Of a stretch of 64,000 nt of DNA, positions 36,434 through 46,587 are shown piece after piece (positions within the stretch are counted from its first letter, which is position 1; each line of letters opens with the position of its first letter). The stretch comes from Candidatus Omnitrophota bacterium. Lineage in GTDB: Bacteria; Omnitrophota; Omnitrophia; Omnitrophales; Aquincolibacteriaceae. Location of the stretch: the NCBI GenBank assembly GCA_030698625.1, contig JAUYMS010000030.1:20016-84015 (forward strand), read 5' to 3'. The notes under the pieces were generated by a model, which saw only the letters and a list, made by a program, of their open reading frames with translations, was not told the origin of the DNA and did not search any database. A program made the position numbers and the translations under genes.

Positions 36434-38815
36434 ATGGGGCGAAGGATTGTGATGCTCCTCATGTCTGCCGCCCTTTTTTCCGGTACTCCGGGCCTGCTGG
36501 CTGAGCCCGCGGAAAATCCCGCCTCCGAAGCCCCTGCCGCTGATATTCCCAATGAAGGCGCCATCACCGACCGGCTGGATTTTGCCAATGGCCTGTTCTC
36601 GCGCGGCATGTACGACATGTCTGCTGCCGAGTATGAATCTCTGGCTCAGGAATACCCCGATCACCCCCAGATCGCACTTGCTCTGATCAGGCGCGCGGAG
36701 TCGCTTTTCCTCCTGAACCGTTTCGAAGAATCCGTACCCGTATTCAACGAATTTATCCAAAAATTTCCCGACGACTCTAATACCGAGCGCGCCCGTCAGC
36801 GTGTGGCGGAAGCTTTCTATCATTCGCAGAAGTTCGATGAAGCCGAAGAGGTCCTAAACGGATTGGCGGCGGGCGGTTCAAATGCCGCACAGCGTATTGC
36901 GCATTACTACCTGGGCAGGATCTTATTCGACCGAGGGACCCTGCCCGAGGCGGAGGGGCATTTTGAAAAGGCTTCCGGCGGCGGAGCGGAGAACCCGTTT
37001 TTTTATCTTGCCCATTTTTATTCGGGAGAAATCATGGTGGCAACGGAACGCGTCGAAGAGGCGGTTCGGGAGTTCAAGGTTGTCGCGGAAAGCGACAAAG
37101 AAGATTTGCGCCAGCTGGCCTATTTCGGTCTGGGGAAAGCGGCCTTCGTAGCGGGAGATCTGGAAACGGCAATCGCCAATTTTAAGCGTGCCCACGAGAT
37201 TGAGCTGAGCCCCGGCATTCGGGAGGACGCACTTATCAATCGCATCAAATCCCTGTATAACCTGGGGCGCTTTCCCGAGATTCTGGAAATCGCGGACTCC
37301 GGAGGAGCGCTTGTCGGCGACCCTAAAAAGATCGTCGAATACAAATCTATCGTAGCAAACAGCTATTCTCAAGTGGGGGCATTCGAAGACGCCAATGCCG
37401 TGTTCGGCGAGTTGCTGGAGGACCCTTTTAGCACTGCCGAAGAAAAAAAGCGTGCAGGTCTTCAGATGAGTGAGAACCTCTTCAACTTGGAGCGGCCCAC
37501 CGAAGCCCTTGTTGTTCTCAACCGGTGGCCGGTCACCGACACCCACCTTAAGGACCGCTGGCTTTATTTGCGCAGTGAGGCTCTGAAACGCACAGGTCTG
37601 TACCAGGAGGCTATTGATGCCCTGGATCAGTTGGTTTTGGAATTTCCTGAATCCGAGTTGATTGCGCGCGCTTATCTGAGCCGGGGTTATGTCTTCATTG
37701 AATTTGAAAAGTTCTCAGAGGCCGAAACAGCGCTCGGTGAATTTGTGGAACGGTTTCCCGAGCACGACCGGGCCCCGAAAGCGTTATCCGATAAAATTCT
37801 GGTGCAAATCAAACTCGAGCAGTGGCAGCCGGCCACGCGGGATGCGGAGATGTTTCTTGAAAAATACGCAGGCGCACCGCAATCCCGTGATGTTTATCAC
37901 CGCTTGGGGTCTCTATACTCCGAGACCGGTAATTATGCCGCGGCGCATGAGATTTACGCGAAATACCTGGAGCGTCCGGATACGACTGAGGAGCATTCGT
38001 CGGTTTCCTTTCTCATGGGGTATAACAAGCAGATGGCCGGTGAGCTTGCCGCTGCCGTCACGCTTTATAAGCAAGTTGAGAAGGATAAGGTGACGGGTGA
38101 GGTCTTTTATGCGGCGTTGAAGAACAGCGCGTTCTGTCTCATCAGCCTGGAGCAGTACGCGGAAGCCGTAGCGTACTACAGCAAGATTATTGCCGAATTT
38201 CCGGAAAATGACCTGAGCGGCGAGGTTTACTCCTGGCTTGCCTTCTATTATGTTGAACACGGGGATACGGCAGCCTTGAGAAAAGCGCTTGAACAATTCC
38301 AGGGAAAACCCGAGGGCGCGGCCCAGAAAAACGAAATCGAATTTTACTGGGGGGAACTCAATCGACTGGAAGGAAACTGCTCAGAAGCTTTGCTTCACTA
38401 CGATGCATCGGTTGTCGGCGACGGTTTTTTTGAAACCAATGCGTCCTTGGGCAAAGGACTCTGTGCGGTTGATGGCGGGGACCTCGACACGGCCGTTACC
38501 CATTTGGAAAAGGCCATTAAAGGCGCGCATCAGGATTACGCCCTTGCGGTTCGCGCGCGGACTGAATTGGCGAAGGCCCTCAGAGTTCAAGAGAAGTACC
38601 TCGAAGCGGCTAAGGCCTTTATGGCGGTCGCAATCCTTTATGAGGATAAGGATAAAGTCCCGCAGGCCCTGCTGGATGCCGGTGATTCATTCGAAAAGGC
38701 CGGCCGGATGGACGATGCACGCCGTGCCTTTTCCGAGCTTGTTAGCAACCACGAAGGGCATGAACTTGTAGAAGAGGCGCGGGGTCGCCTTGAACGGTTA
38801 CCTCATGAAGAATAA
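36434..38815 (+). CDS. Secreted tetratricopeptide-repeat protein (BamD/CpoB-like repeats)
   Basis: Signal peptide; many TPR units with YPDHP/FPES-type turns. Confidence 0.88.
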   Translation: MGRRIVMLLMSAALFSGTPGLLAEPAENPASEAPAADIPNEGAITDRLDFANGLFSRGMYDMSAAEYESLAQEYPDHPQIALALIRRAESLFLLNRFEESVPVFNEFIQKFPDDSNTERARQRVAEAFYHSQKFDEAEEVLNGLAAGGSNAAQRIAHYYLGRILFDRGTLPEAEGHFEKASGGGAENPFFYLAHFYSGEIMVATERVEEAVREFKVVAESDKEDLRQLAYFGLGKAAFVAGDLETAIANFKRAHEIELSPGIREDALINRIKSLYNLGRFPEILEIADSGGALVGDPKKIVEYKSIVANSYSQVGAFEDANAVFGELLEDPFSTAEEKKRAGLQMSENLFNLERPTEALVVLNRWPVTDTHLKDRWLYLRSEALKRTGLYQEAIDALDQLVLEFPESELIARAYLSRGYVFIEFEKFSEAETALGEFVERFPEHDRAPKALSDKILVQIKLEQWQPATRDAEMFLEKYAGAPQSRDVYHRLGSLYSETGNYAAAHEIYAKYLERPDTTEEHSSVSFLMGYNKQMAGELAAAVTLYKQVEKDKVTGEVFYAALKNSAFCLISLEQYAEAVAYYSKIIAEFPENDLSGEVYSWLAFYYVEHGDTAALRKALEQFQGKPEGAAQKNEIEFYWGELNRLEGNCSEALLHYDASVVGDGFFETNASLGKGLCAVDGGDLDTAVTHLEKAIKGAHQDYALAVRARTELAKALRVQEKYLEAAKAFMAVAILYEDKDKVPQALLDAGDSFEKAGRMDDARRAFSELVSNHEGHELVEEARGRLERLPHEE

Positions 38816-40445
38816 ACCCCTAGTTTCCACTTCTGTCCTTGTTTCCATTCTAGCGCACCTCCTCGTTTTTAGCTCTGCGCAGTACATCTGGGTTCCCGGA
38901 GCGGATGCGCTAATCGATCAAACGGCTAAGATGTTTCATTTGCAGAAGACGATGGCGGAAATCCCCAGCAGCATTTCGCGTGAGCAGATCAATATAAACC
39001 GCGTCGAGAAGATAAAGTTTGAAAGACCCGGGGCGGAGGTCAAGGAGATGCTGAAGCAGTCTTTGAAATTTTCCGGGGAGATTAAAAAACCGGATACGGA
39101 GATGGCCTTAAAAGACCTCAGAGAGGATATCGAGGATCTTCGGACTAAGGAAAAGCCGAAAGAGGCGTTACTGCCTTCAGTAGAAAATATCGAGGTGCAA
39201 AAGAGGAAGGTCTTTGATAAGGAAACCCGGATCGAACTTGATGTCCTCGGTGCGGTGCAGAACGCTCCCGAGAGTGATGCACAGGACATTACGATCCCCC
39301 AGGAATTTCTGGAACAGATGCCCGCGTATACGCCGCTTCGAGCGGCCTTGAGCGCGACTCGGACGCGTCAAAAGATGCTGCTTGGAATTCAGGTCGCCGA
39401 GGCCGAGATGACCTATGAATCCATCGACGAGTTTCTCAACGTGCGAACCTCTGTCTGGCGGGATCCCGAAAACAACGAGACCTACTTTCAGGTGGCAATT
39501 TTCCCCGGCAACGAGACGCAGAGCCTGGAAGTCATGTCGAAAGAGATCGTGTTTCTGGTCGACGCCTCGTCCAGTATCAATCATAAACGAATGCACCAAT
39601 TCAAGAATGGCATCCGTTATGCGCTGGAAAATCTCAATGCCGGTGACAGCTTTAACGTGATCACCTTCAAGGAGAAGATCGACCGTTTCGGGGAAACTTC
39701 AGTGGCAGCGAATCAGCTGACCGTGACCGGGGCCATGTACTTTATCGACAACATCAAGACAAGCCGGCGCACGGATCTTTACGGCGCGTTTCTGGAAAGC
39801 ATCAAGAGCCCTTCCGCGATGCACCCTTCTTATATTATATTGCTCAGTGACGGCGTGCCGACGTATGGCGTGACATCTTCGGCGAAGCTCATTGGTAAGA
39901 TCACGGATGTCAATAGTAAGGAGCGGTCCTTTTTTGCTTTCAGCGGCGGGGCGCGGGTAAATCGCTTTTTGCTCGACTTTCTTTCCTACCAGAATCGCGG
40001 CTGGTCCGAGTACTCGAAATCGATCGGGAACATTTCACAGAAAATCTCGGAGTTGTACGATAAGATCAAAAACCCGGTTCTCGTTAATGTGCGATTTCAG
40101 CTTAGTCAGCTTGACGCTTCCCAGGTATTTCCTAAAGACCTTCCTGACTTTTACCGCGACACGGAATTTGTTCTATACGGCAAGGTAAAGGAACCCGGCA
40201 AGTTTTCCATGCGTGTTTTGGGTGAGATAAACGGTCAGACTAAAGAGCTCATCTTTTCACAGGATCTTCACAAGGCCGTGCCGGGACAGAGTCTCATCGC
40301 CGAGCGATGGGCGTTCAATAAAATTTATCATCTCATCAGCCTTATGGCACTTCACGGGCCGAACCCCGAAGCCAAGGAAGAGATCCGCAGGTTGAGCAGC
40401 AAATTTGGAATTCGGATTCCTTACGAATTTGAGAATCTCGTCTAA
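38805..40445 (+). CDS. Membrane-anchored von Willebrand factor A (VIT/ITIH-like) domain protein
   Basis: N-terminal TM (SILAHLL); MIDAS DASSS, TDLYGA, ILLSDGVPT, LPDFY...FVLYG, ERWA. Confidence 0.85.
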   Translation: MKNKPLVSTSVLVSILAHLLVFSSAQYIWVPGADALIDQTAKMFHLQKTMAEIPSSISREQININRVEKIKFERPGAEVKEMLKQSLKFSGEIKKPDTEMALKDLREDIEDLRTKEKPKEALLPSVENIEVQKRKVFDKETRIELDVLGAVQNAPESDAQDITIPQEFLEQMPAYTPLRAALSATRTRQKMLLGIQVAEAEMTYESIDEFLNVRTSVWRDPENNETYFQVAIFPGNETQSLEVMSKEIVFLVDASSSINHKRMHQFKNGIRYALENLNAGDSFNVITFKEKIDRFGETSVAANQLTVTGAMYFIDNIKTSRRTDLYGAFLESIKSPSAMHPSYIILLSDGVPTYGVTSSAKLIGKITDVNSKERSFFAFSGGARVNRFLLDFLSYQNRGWSEYSKSIGNISQKISELYDKIKNPVLVNVRFQLSQLDASQVFPKDLPDFYRDTEFVLYGKVKEPGKFSMRVLGEINGQTKELIFSQDLHKAVPGQSLIAERWAFNKIYHLISLMALHGPNPEAKEEIRRLSSKFGIRIPYEFENLV

Positions 40446-40459
40446 AATCTTATCGGGGG

Positions 40460-41224
40460 TCAGCGGAGAAGACGTTTCTTGAGAAAACGTAAAGCCGCGT
40501 AGGTAAGCAGCGGAGCGGCCAACACCGATAGATAGTGGCCCAGCGGAAGATAAATCGTCTTCGGGCAGCCAAGGGCCTGCCTGAGAGAGCGGCCGTAAAC
40601 GGGGCGCACGACCCAGTCCCATAGAGCGAGAATCATTAACACCTGGTCACTTTGCACATGTTTGGCTGCTTGCAGCGGGTCCTTGTGAAATATTTTTTTC
40701 AGTGCACTGAGCAAATCGTTTCCCGTAAGCCCCGTCGCGTCCTGGGTCGATTTGAGGTAGCTGCGCATCAGCGGGTCCATGGACGTCATGAATATTTTCG
40801 GAAGGTTTCCTCCCACGAGGGCGAAGATATGGCACTTTATCCGCGGATCTTCGGCTGCCCAAAGGCAATTAATGATACCGCCGAAACTGATTCCGAGGGT
40901 TGCAACTTTTTTGGGGTGGACCAAAGGGTGATCGATCAGGGTATCCAATACGGCTTTGTTGCGTTCCACTGCCTGAGTGACATAGTCGGCGACTTGTTCC
41001 AGTCCGCGGCCCAGATCATAGGAGAAAAAGGGTCGGTCCACGAGCGCGGCCGCAAAGCCGCGGCGGGCATAGAATTTGGCGAACTGGCGCTCGAAATGAA
41101 GGTCCTCGAAGAGCGCCAAGCGGCCGAGCAGCGGAGTGATGAATAAAAGAGGGAAAGGGCCGGGACCTTCCGGCCAGTAGGTTTCAAACGCGTATGGAGA
41201 TTCAGAAAATTCTTTTCGTACCAT
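40460..41224 (-). CDS. Alpha/beta hydrolase
   Basis: Nucleophile elbow GISFGG, DWVV, GHY catalytic His. Confidence 0.85.
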   Translation of the reverse strand: MVRKEFSESPYAFETYWPEGPGPFPLLFITPLLGRLALFEDLHFERQFAKFYARRGFAAALVDRPFFSYDLGRGLEQVADYVTQAVERNKAVLDTLIDHPLVHPKKVATLGISFGGIINCLWAAEDPRIKCHIFALVGGNLPKIFMTSMDPLMRSYLKSTQDATGLTGNDLLSALKKIFHKDPLQAAKHVQSDQVLMILALWDWVVRPVYGRSLRQALGCPKTIYLPLGHYLSVLAAPLLTYAALRFLKKRLLR

Positions 41225-42125
41225 GAATAATCCATTTTATCTCTTTTTGAGACAGAAATACATGCTGATCCTGATTCCGCTGGTGCTTTCAGGCTGTGCC
41301 GGAATTTCGTTTCAACGTATCCCCGTTGATTTCGTTAATCCCGCCACCCGGCTTGAAATTGTCGAAGTCGACGCAACCGAAATTGAAGCCCAAGGTGTGC
41401 TCCTCCGGCTAAAACAACCTGAGGAAAGGACGGTGCGGTCGACCGAAGAGATGGCACTCTATGTACGCATTCAAGAGGGGCTGGGGTCGCGCATGGATTT
41501 TGTGAAGAATAGAACCGACAGCTATCATCCGGGGGAGCGAGACGATTCTTATATCCTGCTGTCAGAGTCGACTTTTGAGAAGCAGCCGGGCAAGTTGGTC
41601 GAAGCCGTGGAAATGACGGAGCGAGGTGAGGTGGTCCGTTTTATTCGGGGTGAACACGAATCCAAGATTGGTCAATTTCACATCGAATCGTGGGAGAGGA
41701 CGCCCCTTTTTCCGCTGGGGCCTGTGAAAATCGGGGATGAGTGGAATTATCAAGAAACGATGGCCGTGCGGCTGAAGTCTTTTTGGGTGAAGCAGATAGA
41801 CCCGTCGCCTTATGTCATCGAAGCAAAGAGCACTCTCGAGGGGTTTGCGCGCGTCGGCGGTGTGCGCTGTGCGGTGATTAGAACCGAAGCCCTACAGACG
41901 AAACAGGAGCAGTTGAAGATTTTCTTCAAGGATATCACGTTAAATATTCGTGCGCACATCCGGGAGTGGGTCTATCTCGATTACGAAAAGGGGCGGGTAC
42001 TCGTGCGCGTGACGACGATCGACAGCCAGACCACGAGTCCCGATCTGAAGATTCACGATCAAGGTCAGAGCCAGGCGGTGTCCTATTTGCTTCAAATGCA
42101 GCCACAGCAGGCAGCGAACATCTAA
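41223..42125 (+). CDS. Hypothetical lipoprotein (beta-rich)
   Basis: Lipobox LSGC; PLGPVKIGDEW motif typical of DUF6263-like folds. Confidence 0.7.
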   Translation: MNNPFYLFLRQKYMLILIPLVLSGCAGISFQRIPVDFVNPATRLEIVEVDATEIEAQGVLLRLKQPEERTVRSTEEMALYVRIQEGLGSRMDFVKNRTDSYHPGERDDSYILLSESTFEKQPGKLVEAVEMTERGEVVRFIRGEHESKIGQFHIESWERTPLFPLGPVKIGDEWNYQETMAVRLKSFWVKQIDPSPYVIEAKSTLEGFARVGGVRCAVIRTEALQTKQEQLKIFFKDITLNIRAHIREWVYLDYEKGRVLVRVTTIDSQTTSPDLKIHDQGQSQAVSYLLQMQPQQAANI

Positions 42126-42985
42126 GACTCTATTTTTTTTACGATTCGAGGACTGTGTGTGCTGTAAGACATGGCGACGATGGCCCCATACTTCCAGTAA
42201 GGGGAGAGTTTAGGAATCAGCCCGCGAATCGTCAGCGTTCCGAATCGTCTGACGCGAGCGACATCAAGAGCGTCGAATTTTTCGTCTTCCTTGAATATGG
42301 TAACGGTGTGTGCGTCCAGCGGGCTGACGATGGCCAATACAAAGGACTTCCTTCCGTTCATCTTTAGGATCGTGTGCGAGAATACGGCAAAATCCTCGCA
42401 GTCTCCTTTTCTCGATAGGAGGAATTCCTGCGGGGTTTGCCAATAGTCCTCGATTCCGAATTGGCTTTGATCCGTCTCGTAGGTGAAGTTTTGATGAAGA
42501 TACCGTGCGATGCTGTCCGGATTGCCGGCCAGGCGCAGCTCAGCCGGTATCCTCTGAGCGAGCGATGCGTCTTCGGATTCCTGCAGGTATCCCTCCCATG
42601 CCGCAGGGTTAGGTTTGTCAGTATCCCGGTTTTCCGGGTCCGGGCGGCCATCGGGGTATAGGACCACAAGATCGACATTGTCTGTATTCTGTAGGATATC
42701 AATACGGGGGATCTCGACGGGTAAAAGGGTGCGGCCGCCCTCGGCCAGCCAGTCCTGAGTCGAGATCATCGGCCTGGGATTTCCGGGCAGAGGTCCCCGG
42801 GGGCGCGGATCCTTACCCTCCGTGTTATTTGCGTCCGTTGTTGGGCTGTAAGGGGTCGTGGCATGGGACCCACCCAAAGGACCCTCTGCCGCATTGACGA
42901 CAAACGGATCCGAGAAAATGAGGCTAAACAGAAAGGGGATTATGAAGGATTTCCAGCCATCCCTACCAAAGCGTCTTGGGCCCAT
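42122..42985 (-). CDS. Transglutaminase-like cysteine peptidase (BTLCP/LapG-like), exported
   Basis: EDYWQTPQEFL..KGDCEDFA, HTV, LD triad; N-terminal signal or TM. Confidence 0.88.
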   Translation of the reverse strand: MGPRRFGRDGWKSFIIPFLFSLIFSDPFVVNAAEGPLGGSHATTPYSPTTDANNTEGKDPRPRGPLPGNPRPMISTQDWLAEGGRTLLPVEIPRIDILQNTDNVDLVVLYPDGRPDPENRDTDKPNPAAWEGYLQESEDASLAQRIPAELRLAGNPDSIARYLHQNFTYETDQSQFGIEDYWQTPQEFLLSRKGDCEDFAVFSHTILKMNGRKSFVLAIVSPLDAHTVTIFKEDEKFDALDVARVRRFGTLTIRGLIPKLSPYWKYGAIVAMSYSTHSPRIVKKIES

Positions 42986-43140
42986 TGTTCTTATGCATGT
43001 CGTCCCCTCTATCCTGTAACGGAGTATAGCCTGTTTAAGCGCTGGCGCTAGAAAGTCAGGCCAAGAGGGAGAAAATCGATGCTAAGCGGTACCATTTCGA
43101 GTCAAAAAGAGATAAAATAACCGCCACCAAGGTGATCCAC

Positions 43141-43602
43141 ATGAGTAAATTCACAGAAGCCCTTAGAAAAATCCAGGAAGAACGTCAACCGGAAGTTTTG
43201 GCCTATCAGGCGACCGCTCCCGTCAAGGCGTCCGCATCCCCCAAGATGATGTGGGGTGTGTTTGTCGCATTGCTGTTCCTGTTGTTAGCGGCAGTGGTCA
43301 CGGCGATTTACTCGACGAATATGAATCACATGGATGGACCCGCGTCTCCGACGAATATCACGGCACCCTACTTTACCGTTCAGCTCGCGACCTACCGCCA
43401 CGAAAGTCGCGCGGCGCAGGAAGCGAAGAAGTTAAGGCGTCAGGGACATGAAGCCATGGTGGTGGCTAACGGGGGATATCATCAACTTTGCATCGAGCGC
43501 TTCTCCACGGAGCGCGAAGCCGTCATGAAACTGGCCGAACTCGAGGCGCTGGGTTTTCAAAAAATCTACCATGATGCTTTCGTGCGGTCGATCAACTCCT
43601 AG
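43141..43602 (+). CDS. SPOR domain membrane protein
   Basis: MSKFTEALRK N-terminus, TM helix, FTVQLATY...A..EAKKLRRQG...DAFVR. Confidence 0.85.
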   Translation: MSKFTEALRKIQEERQPEVLAYQATAPVKASASPKMMWGVFVALLFLLLAAVVTAIYSTNMNHMDGPASPTNITAPYFTVQLATYRHESRAAQEAKKLRRQGHEAMVVANGGYHQLCIERFSTEREAVMKLAELEALGFQKIYHDAFVRSINS

Positions 43603-43620
43603 CCTAAGTTCGGCGATTCA

Positions 43621-45741
43621 ATGAGACCCTCTCTTCTTTTTAGTGTCCTAATCTTACTTGCCATCTCCGTCTTTGATCGTCCGGGATTCACCGCGTCTGT
43701 ACGCAGCGCGAACGCAGAAGCGGAACTTGTTTCGGAGGTACGCTCGCTGAGGCCCGGCCAAAATTTCTGGATAGGCCTTCGGCTGAAGATGGACCGCGGC
43801 TGGCACACCTATTGGAAAAATCCGGGTGATTCGGGTTTGCCGACGGAGATCCAATGGGAATTACCGCCCGGGTTTAGCTCAGGAGAAATCGAATGGCCCT
43901 ACCCGGGATTTTTGCGATACCCTCCGCTTGCCGCTTACGGATACAGCGGAGAAATTGTGCTTCTTACTCAGATGCAGGTTGCGGACTCGGTGCCTGCTTC
44001 GGGGACCCAGGTTATTCGCGCAAAGGCAAAGTGGCTTTCGTGTAAGTTGATTTGCATTCCGGGTGAAGCCGATCTTGAAATGAAACTTCCCGTGCGCGGC
44101 GAAATGCCTGAGATCGATCCGCTGTGGATTAAGAGGTTTGCCCAGGCCCGCGAAAGGCTTCCGCTTGAAGTCAGTGACTGGGAGGTGAGGGGCTATGGCT
44201 CCGACGACAAGATAATGTTGGAGATCGTACCGCCGTCCTGGGTCGATTATAAGTTATCATCGGTTAGCTTCTATCCGGAAAGTTCAGAGTGGATTCAGCA
44301 CGCTTCCGACCAGCATTTGGAATCTTGGAGCGGCGGCTACCGCCTGTGGCTGGAACGCTCATCCTTAGAGTCTAAGTTGCCCGAATTAATCCGGGGTGTT
44401 TTGGTGTCTCCCGAAGGGTGGCGCGGGCGCAATTCCGAGCGAGCCCTCGAGTTTCAATCCGCTTTGAAACCGTTAACGGCCGCTCCGGCGGGAGGGGTGA
44501 AGACAAGTAAGACGGGGTTGCTGCTTGCCCTAGTATTTGCTTTTCTGGGCGGCATGATTCTCAATCTGATGCCCTGCGTTCTGCCGGTTTTATCCCTGAA
44601 GATTCTGGGGTTTGTCCAACATTCCGGTGAAAAATCCATGAGAATGTGGGCACAGGGGCTCTTTTACACTTTGGGGGTCGTGGCTTCTTTCTGGCTGTTG
44701 GCGGGACTGCTTCTCGTTATTCGAGCGGGCGGAGAACAAATAGGGTGGGGGTTTCAGTTGCAGTCGCCTGTTATCCTTGGGGCGTTGTCGCTTCTTTTCT
44801 TCGTTCTGGCGCTCAACATATTCGATGTTTATGAAATAGGAACATCGCTGACCGGGGCCGGAAAGCATGCCGGGGCCCTAAAGGGCGGGGTCGGTAGTTT
44901 TGCCAGCGGAATTTTGGCGACGGTCGTTGCAACGCCCTGTACGGCCCCGTTCATGGGTGCGGCTTTGGGTTTTGCCCTGACTCGGCCGCCTGCCGTTGCC
45001 ATTGCCGTGTTCACGACTCTCGGGCTTGGTATGGCATTCCCTTATCTTTTCCTGTCTCTCTTCCCCGGATTGGTTGCCCGACTTCCCAAACCGGGTCCCT
45101 GGATGATTCGTTTAAAGAACCTCCTGGGGATGCTGCTCATGGCGACGGTTGCATGGCTTGTCTGGGTTCTTCACATTCAATCCGGAACGACGGCAGTTTT
45201 GGTGCTGACGGTGTGTCTTGTCGCCGCGGGGCTTGTGTGTCGGCAGTGGGGAAGCCGCCAGGGCATGGTGCGGGGGAGACAATGGGTGGTGGGTGTGTTG
45301 CTCTACGCCTTATTGCTTCCGGGCATTGTTTTGCTTGTTCGAAGTGAAGTCCTTACACAGAAACAAAGTACCGTGAATTGGGAAACTTTTTCACCGGAAC
45401 GGCTGGAGTCGCTTCGCCGTGAAGGTCATCCCGTTTTTATTGATTTTACAGCCGCTTGGTGCCTGTCTTGTCAGGTGAATAAAAGGGTGGTGCTGGACTC
45501 GTCGAAGGTGGCGGATCGGTTGCGTGAGTTGGGGGTTGTGACCTTGCGGGCTGATTGGACATCCCGCGATGAAACCATCACACGGAGCCTTGCCGGCTAC
45601 GGCCGCAATAGTATTCCGCTCTATGTGCTCTACGGTCATGGCCCCGATCGAGAACCCGTGTTGCTTCCCGAGATCTTGACTTCAAAAATTATTCTGGATG
45701 CTTTGGAAGAGAATGTTGTAAGATCATCGCGGAGGTCATAA
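43621..45741 (+). CDS. dsbD: Thiol:disulfide interchange protein DsbD family
   Basis: WHTYWKNPGDSG, CKLICIP, LNLMPCVLPVL, TPCTAPFMG, DFTAAWCLSCQ. Confidence 0.93.
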   Translation: MRPSLLFSVLILLAISVFDRPGFTASVRSANAEAELVSEVRSLRPGQNFWIGLRLKMDRGWHTYWKNPGDSGLPTEIQWELPPGFSSGEIEWPYPGFLRYPPLAAYGYSGEIVLLTQMQVADSVPASGTQVIRAKAKWLSCKLICIPGEADLEMKLPVRGEMPEIDPLWIKRFAQARERLPLEVSDWEVRGYGSDDKIMLEIVPPSWVDYKLSSVSFYPESSEWIQHASDQHLESWSGGYRLWLERSSLESKLPELIRGVLVSPEGWRGRNSERALEFQSALKPLTAAPAGGVKTSKTGLLLALVFAFLGGMILNLMPCVLPVLSLKILGFVQHSGEKSMRMWAQGLFYTLGVVASFWLLAGLLLVIRAGGEQIGWGFQLQSPVILGALSLLFFVLALNIFDVYEIGTSLTGAGKHAGALKGGVGSFASGILATVVATPCTAPFMGAALGFALTRPPAVAIAVFTTLGLGMAFPYLFLSLFPGLVARLPKPGPWMIRLKNLLGMLLMATVAWLVWVLHIQSGTTAVLVLTVCLVAAGLVCRQWGSRQGMVRGRQWVVGVLLYALLLPGIVLLVRSEVLTQKQSTVNWETFSPERLESLRREGHPVFIDFTAAWCLSCQVNKRVVLDSSKVADRLRELGVVTLRADWTSRDETITRSLAGYGRNSIPLYVLYGHGPDREPVLLPEILTSKIILDALEENVVRSSRRS

Positions 45742-45745
45742 CCCT

Positions 45746-46357
45746 ATGAAAAACATCTGGATTTTATCAGCGATCATTTTTTTAACAGCCGGTTTTGCAC
45801 AACAGCCTCAGGGTGTTGTCACCGGAGAGACCGCGCCGGACTTCAGTCTCGTTGATATCAACGGAGTCCGTCATTCTCTTTCAGACTCCCGGGGAAAGTT
45901 CGTGGTCTTGGAGTGGGTCAACCACGATTGCCCGTTTGTTCGCAAGCACTACGATAGCGGCAATATGCAGCAACTGCAGCAGACCTATACCGGAAAAGGG
46001 GTCGTGTGGCTTTCGATCGGCTCCTCAGCGCCCGGCGGGCAGGGACATTTCCCGCCCGAAAAATGGGTTGAGCTGACCAGCGAAAAAAGGGCTGCCCCTA
46101 CGGCGGTTCTTTTGGATGCTGACGGTAAAACCGGAAAGCGGTACGGGGCTCAGACAACACCTCACATGTACATCATCAATCCTGAAGGGACATTAATTTA
46201 CCAAGGGGCTATTGATAGTATCGCCAGTGCGGATAAAGCCGATATTGCGGAGGCTACCAACTACGTGCAGACCTCTCTCGATCTTGCCATGGCCGGAAGA
46301 CCCGTACCCGTCGGTGCGACGAAGTCATATGGCTGTTCGGTAAAGTACAAACACTAA
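45746..46357 (+). CDS. Exported thioredoxin-fold (AhpC/TSA, redoxin) protein
   Basis: APDFSL, VVLEWVNHDCPFVRKHY, YGAQTTPHMY, YGCSVKY. Confidence 0.9.
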   Translation: MKNIWILSAIIFLTAGFAQQPQGVVTGETAPDFSLVDINGVRHSLSDSRGKFVVLEWVNHDCPFVRKHYDSGNMQQLQQTYTGKGVVWLSIGSSAPGGQGHFPPEKWVELTSEKRAAPTAVLLDADGKTGKRYGAQTTPHMYIINPEGTLIYQGAIDSIASADKADIAEATNYVQTSLDLAMAGRPVPVGATKSYGCSVKYKH

Positions 46358-46587
46358 TGTCTGAAGAAAAGCCCTTTCAACTGACGAAAATTCTATTGGA
46401 GCACGGGATCTCACTGCTCGAGCTCGCGGCGCGGACGGGTTTGCCTAAAGATTACCTGAGTAAGATTGAGTGCGGTGAAATTCTCGCTCTTGAAGGGGAT
46501 GTAAAGCGCATCCGGAAAGCCGTTGCCGACGGAATGCCCGCCGACATCTTTAGGATGGGCCCAAGGCCGAGCGAAGAAGACGCCTGA
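46357..46587 (+). CDS. Small XRE-type helix-turn-helix protein
   Basis: GISLLELAARTGLPKDYLSKIECG; TAATG coupling to the upstream gene. Confidence 0.75.
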   Translation: MSEEKPFQLTKILLEHGISLLELAARTGLPKDYLSKIECGEILALEGDVKRIRKAVADGMPADIFRMGPRPSEEDA

